This document shows, piece by piece, positions 7,510 through 13,971 of a stretch of DNA of 31,363 bases. The first letter of the stretch is position 1; every line of letters begins with the position of its first letter. The DNA comes from a virus, in IMG/VR virus record IMGVR_UViG_3300016667_000055, positions 1 to 31,363 of that record; one strand, 5' to 3'. The notes under the pieces were generated by a model. It ran no database searches. It was not told where the DNA came from and saw only the letters and a program-made list of their open reading frames with translations. The translations under genes were made by a program, and so were the position numbers.

Positions 7510-7639
7510 AGAACAAAAAGTTATAGACTTTATTAATTCTATAATGACAAAAAAACGAACCAAAACAAAGTTAGAAGTCTCAATCACAGATTACTACATG
7601 ATGTTACAAGGAATACGTCAACTAATAAAAGAAAACTAA
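7499..7639 (+). CDS. Small hypothetical protein (46 aa), hand-found
   Basis: ATG 7499 overlaps the upstream gene end. TAA 7637-7639 abuts the ATG at 7640. Confidence 0.4.
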   Translation: MNNKEQKVIDFINSIMTKKRTKTKLEVSITDYYMMLQGIRQLIKEN

Positions 7640-8074
7640 ATGCCAATACCTACACCAACAAAAGGAGAACATAAAAAAGATTTTGTTCAAAGATGCGTAA
7701 CAGATGAAAAAATGAAGTCTGAATATGAAGATATAGACCAACGTTTAGCAGTTTGTAGTTCAGCATTCGAAGAACGTTTAGCATCCGAAAAGATTAGTTT
7801 TGATTACGATGAAACTTTAACAACTGACAAAGGGATGAAACTTGCAAATAAGTTTATTTCAGAGGGTGCGGATGTTTATATTATTTCAGCAAGGCAACAA
7901 AAAGACGAAATGTTAAACCGTGCTAAAGAGTTAGGTATTCCTGAAAGTAGAGTATATGCAACTGGAAGTAACAAAGCTAAAATTCAAAAAGTTAAAGATT
8001 TAGGAATCACTAAACACTACGACAACAACACGGATGTAATTAAAGAACTTGGAGAAATAGGTAAATTAATTTAA
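7640..8074 (+). CDS. HAD-superfamily phosphatase-like protein
   Basis: DxDxT motif FDYDETLT; IISARQ; C-terminal YDNNTD. Confidence 0.55.
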   Translation: MPIPTPTKGEHKKDFVQRCVTDEKMKSEYEDIDQRLAVCSSAFEERLASEKISFDYDETLTTDKGMKLANKFISEGADVYIISARQQKDEMLNRAKELGIPESRVYATGSNKAKIQKVKDLGITKHYDNNTDVIKELGEIGKLI

Positions 8075-8093
8075 CTAAAACACAAATTGAGTT

Positions 8094-8252
8094 ATGGCTA
8101 GATTAAGTCAAACAATAGCCTATTTAAACGTAAATACAAGCGATTTAACAAATGATTGGATAAAAACCAATTTAACACACGTTACATTAAACGAAAGCCT
8201 TAAAGAATTAAGAAAAAAAATACTTAAAGAAAAACGCGAAATAAAAAAATAA
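8094..8252 (+). CDS. Small hypothetical protein (52 aa), hand-found
   Basis: Open frame from ATG 8094 to TAA 8250-8252. It is the last gene before the long non-coding region. Confidence 0.4.
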   Translation: MARLSQTIAYLNVNTSDLTNDWIKTNLTHVTLNESLKELRKKILKEKREIKK

Positions 8253-8256
8253 TTTA

Positions 8257-8264
8257 TATATTTG
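8257..8264 (+). promoter_or_regulatory. -7 box TATATTTG (candidate late-operon promoter)
   Basis: TAnnTTTG match with no obvious TTG -33 element. It lies upstream of the terS/structural gene block. Confidence 0.5.
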
Positions 8265-8266
8265 TG

Positions 8267-8354
8267 TACCTAAGTCAGAATAGGTAAGCGTTAATAAAAA
8301 GGTTTTTTCATAGATTATAAATCCCGCTCTTTCTGACATTAGGCGGGGTTTTTT
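8267..8354 (+). promoter_or_regulatory. Structured leader: hairpin 1 plus terminator hairpin with complementary loops
   Basis: Hairpin 1 is TACCTA/TAGGTA (8267-8272/8281-8286) with loop AGTCAGAA. Hairpin 2 is CCCGC/GCGGG (8323-8327/8343-8347), and its loop contains TTCTGAC (8331-8337). Confidence 0.55.
8323..8354 (+). terminator. Intrinsic terminator-like hairpin plus T6 tract
   Basis: GC stem followed by TTTTTT at 8349-8354. Confidence 0.55.
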
Positions 8355-8676
8355 ATTTTTCCCTAACTTACATAGAAGTTGTATAAGGTTGAACTTCACA
8401 AAAACAACCGCTCGAAATAAATGCTTGTTATAAAATCCCGCAATGTTTTTGCTTAACAACGGGTACTGCATACCGAAAGGTTATAAAAACAAGTGAACCA
8501 AAATGCCAAGTGTGAAAACACGAATAAATAAGAAGTGGTCGCAGAGGGAAGTGTTATTATCGGGCTAACCTTATATTAGGTTAAAATACTGCAAGTTGGT
8601 ATATGCAGTATAAAAGCGAAGCTATAACCAAGAATAAAAAAAAAGGTTTAAATTTACCAAAAACACGAATTAAATC

Positions 8677-9105
8677 ATGGCAAAAAGAGGTAGACCAAGA
8701 AATTTAGATAGTCCAGAACAATTATACGAACTATTTGAAAAATATAAAGCCAACGTAAAGGCGAATCCAAGACTAAAAATAATACACGGGGGTAAAGACT
8801 TCGAAGAAAGAGTAGAACCATTAGAATGCCCTCTAACTATGGAGGGTTTTGAAATTTATTGCTGGGATGAGGTAGGTGAAGTAGAACAATATTTTAAAAA
8901 CGTTGATAAAAGATATTCAGAATATATCCCTATCTGTTCACGTATACGCAAAGAAATACGTCAAGACCAAATAACAGGCGGTATGGTAGGACAGTATAAC
9001 GCAAGTATTACACAACGCTTAAACAACCTAAAAGAACAAGTGGAACAAACGAATATTGAACAACCGTTATTTAAACTAGATGATAATAACGACAGCAATT
9101 CGTAA
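8677..9105 (+). CDS. terS: Terminase small subunit
   Basis: N-terminus MAKRGRPRNLDSPEQLYELFEKYK is typical of terS. It lies immediately upstream of terL sequences. Confidence 0.7.
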   Translation: MAKRGRPRNLDSPEQLYELFEKYKANVKANPRLKIIHGGKDFEERVEPLECPLTMEGFEIYCWDEVGEVEQYFKNVDKRYSEYIPICSRIRKEIRQDQITGGMVGQYNASITQRLNNLKEQVEQTNIEQPLFKLDDNNDSNS

Positions 9106-9157
9106 AATAAACGCTTTAAAAAAACGAATCAAAATAATACAACAAGGGTGTTGTTAA
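9080..9157 (+). pseudogene. Truncated 5' remnant of terL (copy 1; 25 codons then stop)
   Basis: Encodes MIITTAIRKINALKKRIKIIQQGCC-stop. The first 23 residues are nearly identical to the peptide encoded from 9726, and the copy is truncated where the P-loop should start. Confidence 0.7.
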
Positions 9158-9184
9158 TATAAAAAACTTTCGTATATTTGTGTT

Positions 9185-9757
9185 ATGGAAATATGGCAAC
9201 AAATAAAAGGATTTGAAAACTTATATAAGATTTCTACCTACGGAAGAATTAAAAGTTTGGGAAATGGTAAAAGCACTAATTCTAAAACAAAATTTGAAAG
9301 GATTTTGAAAAGCAATTATTCTTCAACTGGATATGAAAAGATAAAACTTTTCAAAGACGGCAAAAGATATTATTTTTCAGTTCATAGATTAGTAGCTCAA
9401 ACTTTTTTATCAAACGATAAAAACAAAAAAGAAGTTAATCATAAAGACGGAAATAAAGCAAATAATAATGTGTCTAATTTGGAATGGGTAACTTCAAGTG
9501 AAAATCAATTACACGCTTTTAAAAACGGATTGCAAAAGAGCAAAATGGGTAAAGACCATATTCAGTCTAAAAGTGTAAGGCAATTAGATTTAAATGGAAA
9601 TGTAATTCGTACATTTGAAAGCATTAAACAAGTTCAAAGAGAATTAGGATTTAATACATTTGGAATAATTAAGTGTTGTAAAAAAGTAAAAAAATACAAT
9701 ACTGCGTATAAATTTAAATGGGAATATGATAATAACAAGTGCTATACGGAAGATTAA
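9185..9757 (+). CDS. HNH homing endonuclease (NUMOD4 / HNH_3 / C-terminal DNA-binding module, I-HmuI-like)
   Basis: EIWQQIKGFENLYKISTYGRIKS; HRLVAQTFL...VNHKDGNKANNNVSNLEWVTSSENQLHA. It is inserted within terL sequence. Confidence 0.85.
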   Translation: MEIWQQIKGFENLYKISTYGRIKSLGNGKSTNSKTKFERILKSNYSSTGYEKIKLFKDGKRYYFSVHRLVAQTFLSNDKNKKEVNHKDGNKANNNVSNLEWVTSSENQLHAFKNGLQKSKMGKDHIQSKSVRQLDLNGNVIRTFESIKQVQRELGFNTFGIIKCCKKVKKYNTAYKFKWEYDNNKCYTED

Positions 9758-10925
9758 CGCCTTAAAGAAACGGATTAAGATAATCCAAGGCGGTACTTCC
9801 GCTATTTAACCCCCTATGAATTAAGTAGTAGGGGGTGACAATGCAGGAAAAACTTATGGTATACTTCCTATACTAATCACAAAGGCTGCTACATATCCAC
9901 GAATGGAAATAAGCGTAGTTGCTGAATCAATACCTCATTTGCGTAGAGGTGCGTTAAAAGACTTTCTAAAAATAATGAAAGAAACGGGGCGCTACTTTGA
10001 TGAACGGTTTAATAAGTCACTTTTAAGATATGAGTTTGCAAATGGTTCTGTAATAGAGTTTTTTAGTGCTGATGACAGTTCTAAATTAAGGGGTGCAAGG
10101 CGTGATGTACTGTACATAAACGAATGTAACAACGTAACCTTTGAATCTTACAACGAACTTGCAATACGTACAAAGAAAGAAGTCTATTTAGACTTTAACC
10201 CAGCAAATGAATTTTGGGTGCATACGGAACTAAAAGACGAACCCGATAGCGACTTTCTTATTTTAACCTATAAAGACAATGAAGCTTTAGATAATAGTAT
10301 TGTTCAACAAATAGAAAAAAATCGCTTAAAAGCCGAAACAAGCGCATACTGGAGTAACTGGTGGCGTGTTTATGGATTAGGTGAAATAGGAATGCTTGAG
10401 GGCGTTATATTCAGCAACTGGAAAATAATTGACAAGCTACCAACCGAAGCTAAGTTAATAGGAATCGGTTTAGACTTCGGATATACAAATGACCCGACTG
10501 CAATAATTGAAGTTTACAATTATAACGGAACACGGATACTCAATGAATTAAAGTATCAAACAGGAATGTTAAATTCAGACATCGCAAAAATACTACCAAA
10601 AAACGTGGTGGTATATGCAGATAGTTCCGAGCCTAAATCAATAGATGAAATAAGACGCTATGGAATAACGATTAAAGGCGTTACAAAGGGCAAAGACAGT
10701 ATTAATTATGGAATTGATGTAATACAACAACAAGAATATTTAGTAACCTCACAAAGCGTTAATTTTATTAAAGAACTTAGAGCATACTGTTGGGATGTAG
10801 ATAAACACGGAACACGCTTAAACAAACCTATCGACAATAATAACCACGGAATAGACGCATGGCGTTATCATGAAATGGAAACACTAGGTTTAAAACGCAA
10901 TTACGGAACATATAATATACGTTAA
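9726..10925 (+). CDS. terL: Terminase large subunit, reading frame interrupted by two in-frame TAA codons (9807, 9822) inside the Walker A region
   Basis: The same frame encodes MIITSAIRKINALKKRIKIIQGGTSAI*PPMN*VVGGDNAGKTYGILPIL...GARRDVLYINECNN...NPANEFWV, which follows the PBSX/Terminase_3-like pattern. No start codon lies between the second stop and the GKT codons. Confidence 0.75.
9795..9836 (+). other. 42-nt intervening cassette in the terL P-loop (hairpin plus two stops); exact boundaries ambiguous within the flanking GGN GGT repeat
   Basis: Hairpin CCCCCTA (9810-9816) / TAGGGGG (9829-9835). It is flanked by GGCGGT (9789-9794) and GGGGGT (9831-9836), which are 42 nt apart. Confidence 0.6.
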
Positions 10926-11092
10926 TGACAGACGACACAGCGGTAATGACCAAAGAAGTTGAGTATTATGTGTATATTCGTACAGGAAAACGAATTAAAA
11001 TAGTTTTCAATGATTCAATGAACCTGAGAAAGCATTTAGTAATGCTAGGTGAAGCATATAATATCGCTTATAACTACAATAAATCAAAATAA
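10925..11092 (+). CDS. Small hypothetical protein (55 aa), hand-found
   Basis: TAATG overlap with the terL stop; open to TAA 11090-11092. Confidence 0.4.
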   Translation: MTDDTAVMTKEVEYYVYIRTGKRIKIVFNDSMNLRKHLVMLGEAYNIAYNYNKSK

Positions 11093-11105
11093 ACGTTTAA
11101 ATAAT

Positions 11106-11828
11106 ATGAAGTTAGAATTAGTTATTCCAACAACGCTTAGTGAAATACCATTAAAGCACTATCAAAAGTTTTTAGCAATAGCCGAAAAGACGAATGATGA
11201 AGTATTTTTAGCAGAAAAAATGATTGAATGTTTTTGCGGTATTGAATTAAAACAAGTCGTAAAACTACCTTACAAAGAAATTGAAAACCTAAGCGTTCAT
11301 TTTGGCACGTTATTCGAGAAAAAGACGAACTTCAAAAACAGATTTACAATAGCAGGAAAAGAATTTGGATTTATTCCTAATCTAGAAGAAATAAGCTGGG
11401 GTGAATACATAGACTTAGAAGCTAATATAAGCGATTTAAAGACGTTTCACAAAGCAATGGCGGTTATGTATCGACCTATCGTAGAAAAACACGGAGACAA
11501 ATATAAAATAGAACCTTACGAAAGTTCTGTTAACTATGCTGAAGTAATGGAATATGCACCTTTAGATATTTGTTTAGCAGCAAAGCTTTTTTTTTGGAAT
11601 TTAGAAAAAGAGTTATTACAGGCTACCCTACATTATTTGGAGAGGGAGATAATGAAAAGCAAGAAATTGAAAACGAGTTTAGCGAAAGAACTCAATTTAG
11701 CAAGCAATGGGGATGGTATCAATCAATATATGCAGTCGCTAAGGGAGACGTCACTAGATTTGATGACGTTACCAAGCTTCAACTTACAACAGCACTTACC
11801 TTCCTTACTTTCGAAAAACAAAAATTAG
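11106..11828 (+). CDS. Tail assembly chaperone-like protein (zero-frame product)
   Basis: ATG 11106 is preferred over the alternative GTG start at 11049. An internal T9 slippery tract and an overlapping -1 ORF resemble the G/GT arrangement. The family call is weak. Confidence 0.45.
   Translation: MKLELVIPTTLSEIPLKHYQKFLAIAEKTNDEVFLAEKMIECFCGIELKQVVKLPYKEIENLSVHFGTLFEKKTNFKNRFTIAGKEFGFIPNLEEISWGEYIDLEANISDLKTFHKAMAVMYRPIVEKHGDKYKIEPYESSVNYAEVMEYAPLDICLAAKLFFWNLEKELLQATLHYLEREIMKSKKLKTSLAKELNLASNGDGINQYMQSLRETSLDLMTLPSFNLQQHLPSLLSKNKN
11588..11594 (+). promoter_or_regulatory. Candidate -1 frameshift heptamer T TTT TTT
   Basis: X XXY YYZ in the zero frame of 11106..11828, within the T9 run at 11587-11595. 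Confidence 0.45.
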
Positions 11829-11875
11829 AAATTGAACAACGCGAATTTAAACGCCAAATAAATAAAACGATATGA
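11594..11875 (+). CDS. -1 frame extension (C-terminus of the putative frameshift product)
   Basis: The -1 frame is open to TGA 11873-11875 and overlaps the next ATG as ATGA. It has no ATG of its own; the track used TTG 11570. Confidence 0.45.
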   Translation: MEFRKRVITGYPTLFGEGDNEKQEIENEFSERTQFSKQWGWYQSIYAVAKGDVTRFDDVTKLQLTTALTFLTFEKQKLEIEQREFKRQINKTI

Positions 11876-12330
11876 GTTACTACGGAATACTAAATATAAT
11901 CAAATCAGAATTAGAATCTACAAACTTGGTAAATACCGTTACAGAGGGCGATATATTTAGAGTTGATTTATCTAAACAAACGATTTTCCCTTTAGCTCAT
12001 ATACTTGTAAACACTGCAACTTTTGAAAGTAATGTTATAAGGTATAATATTTCTATTATCGCTATGGACGTAGTAGATATATCAAAAGACGAAACAACGG
12101 ATATTTTCATAGGCAACGACAATGAACAAGACGTGTTGAATACACAAATAACAATGTTAAACCGTGTTTATGAAAAACTAATTAGGGGCGATTACTTTTT
12201 GAATTTAGGAATTATAGACGGTAACCCAACGTGTGAACCATTTATAGAACGATTTGAGAATAATTTAGCAGGTTGGACAATGACCTTTGATTATTTAGTC
12301 AACAACGATATGACAGTTTGCAATGAATAG
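11872..12330 (+). CDS. Hypothetical structural protein
   Basis: ORF track; located in the structural block. Confidence 0.5.
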   Translation: MSYYGILNIIKSELESTNLVNTVTEGDIFRVDLSKQTIFPLAHILVNTATFESNVIRYNISIIAMDVVDISKDETTDIFIGNDNEQDVLNTQITMLNRVYEKLIRGDYFLNLGIIDGNPTCEPFIERFENNLAGWTMTFDYLVNNDMTVCNE

Positions 12331-12883
12331 ACAAGAGGTTTTAAATAGGTTTATTAAGCACGTTGTAAGTCAAGCCAAAAGAAACTTAACTACAAGCGGT
12401 AAAAACGCATCTAAGAAGCTTTATAATTCAATTAAAGGCGAAGCAAAAGCATTTCCCAATTCGATAGGTGTTTACTTCGATATGGAAGAATACGGATTTT
12501 ACCAAGACCAAGGGGTTAAGGGTGCAAATCCAAACGGATTACCAAATGGAAGTAAATGGAAGGGTGTTCAGAAAGCTCCGAATTCAAGATTTAAATTTGG
12601 AACTGGTTCAGGTCAAAAAGGCGGATTAACAAAAAGCCTTGATAAGTGGATAATAAGAAGAGGTATTGCACCAAGAAGTAGTGAAGGAGAATTCTTAACT
12701 AGAAAATCTTTAAAGTTTTTGATAGCTAGAAGTATTTATATGAGTGGAATTAAACCTAGTTTTTTCTTCACAAAGCCTTTTGAAGCAGCGTTTAAAAACT
12801 TACCTGATGAATTAATAGATAATTACGGATTAGAAGTAGAGAAATTATTTGACAGCATATTAAGAGAAAACTTTAAAAAATGA
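12323..12883 (+). CDS. Hypothetical structural protein (possibly HK97 gp10-like tail completion)
   Basis: C-terminal IKPSFFFTKPFEAAF is weakly reminiscent of the gp10 family. Confidence 0.4.
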   Translation: MNRQEVLNRFIKHVVSQAKRNLTTSGKNASKKLYNSIKGEAKAFPNSIGVYFDMEEYGFYQDQGVKGANPNGLPNGSKWKGVQKAPNSRFKFGTGSGQKGGLTKSLDKWIIRRGIAPRSSEGEFLTRKSLKFLIARSIYMSGIKPSFFFTKPFEAAFKNLPDELIDNYGLEVEKLFDSILRENFKK

Positions 12884-13971
12884 TATTAGCACGTTCACCC
12901 CATATTGTAACAATAGACGAAGCAACACAAACAGAAACCAAAATAGAATTGTTTATCTGGAATGGTACAGGCGCAGCTCCTGTAATACCTACTTACGTGT
13001 TAAGTAAAAAAATACCTAGCACTAATCAAAGAACTGCATATTACGATATAGCACCGTATTTAAGAGAATATTTTAAATTCTATGAAAGTGTAGCATATAC
13101 GACTAATTTTAACGAACTCCCTAACCAATATTCATACTGCAACGTTCAGTATAAAACGTATTATTACGAGGGTGCATCTAGCACGTTATTAGATACGGTT
13201 ACAGATATTGCTTTAGATGGATACGGATATTACGAAGACGGATATAATCCAAACGAAAATAGTTTAAGTCCATTTTTATTAAGTCAATCCCCAAACACAT
13301 ACTACTATAATAGTTGTTCTGAAATATATTTTCAAGGGAGTTTTACGATGTTAGGAACTGATAGCTTTCCAGAGTACGACAGTTTAGCAATTGAATATTT
13401 ACCTTTAGATTTTGTTGACCCTGCAATTCAAATTACAATTACACAACCAACAATAGCAAATTTCACAACTGTACACCCTGATTTTATAGCAGTAGGCAAC
13501 AGACTTAGAATTATAGGAACTGCAGAAGAAGCTGAAACAGTCTTATGTACTTATTATTTTGTTCCTCAATGTGAATGTAAATACGAACCCGTAACTGTGG
13601 ATTTTATAAATAGGTTTGGAGCATGGCAGCGTGAATTCTTTTTTAAGGCTTCAACTGAAAATATAGAAATGACAAATACAGCTTACAAAACTAATCCTAG
13701 TCAATTTCCAGTCTATAATGCTTTTCAAGGTCAAGTAGGTGTTTATAATACAAATGCAAAACGAACTATCAAAGCTAACACTGGTTGGGTTGAAGAAGCA
13801 TACAAAAACACGATGCAAGAATTATTACTCAGCGAAACAATACGCGTAAACAACGAACCTGCAACTTTAAAAACAAAGTCTCTAGACAAACAAAAAGCAA
13901 TCAATAACAAAACCATTAATTATACAATGGAATTTGAAATGGCTTACGATGTAATTAATTCTGTTAACTGA
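12880..13971 (+). CDS. Tail or baseplate structural protein
   Basis: 363-aa ORF coupled to the following large structural gene. Confidence 0.45.
   Translation: MILARSPHIVTIDEATQTETKIELFIWNGTGAAPVIPTYVLSKKIPSTNQRTAYYDIAPYLREYFKFYESVAYTTNFNELPNQYSYCNVQYKTYYYEGASSTLLDTVTDIALDGYGYYEDGYNPNENSLSPFLLSQSPNTYYYNSCSEIYFQGSFTMLGTDSFPEYDSLAIEYLPLDFVDPAIQITITQPTIANFTTVHPDFIAVGNRLRIIGTAEEAETVLCTYYFVPQCECKYEPVTVDFINRFGAWQREFFFKASTENIEMTNTAYKTNPSQFPVYNAFQGQVGVYNTNAKRTIKANTGWVEEAYKNTMQELLLSETIRVNNEPATLKTKSLDKQKAINNKTINYTMEFEMAYDVINSVN

Noticed and set aside
8356-8676. A tRNA or other known RNA gene in the long non-coding region
   Set aside because: I could not draw a cloverleaf. There is no GTTCRANYC T-loop box and no acceptor-stem complementarity. 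This was only a hand inspection.
9173-9180. TATATTTG as a bona fide promoter for the HNH gene at 9185
   Set aside because: It ends only 4 nt before the ATG, so a transcript from it would probably start at or beyond the start codon. The box may be fortuitous sequence within the decayed terL remnant. I kept it only as a remark.
9807-9824. Reassignment or readthrough of TAA as the explanation for the in-frame stops in terL
   Set aside because: TAA terminates most well-supported ORFs in this genome, for example at 302-304, 9103-9105 and 10923-10925. Two consecutive readthroughs would also insert 14 extra residues into the P-loop.
9149-9830. A group I intron carrying the HNH ORF within terL
   Set aside because: Only about 36 nt upstream and 70 nt downstream of the ORF are non-coding, which is too little for a P3-P9 catalytic core. 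The putative intron would also contain a second, selectively maintained copy of the terL 5' end. I cannot fully exclude it without covariance-model searches.
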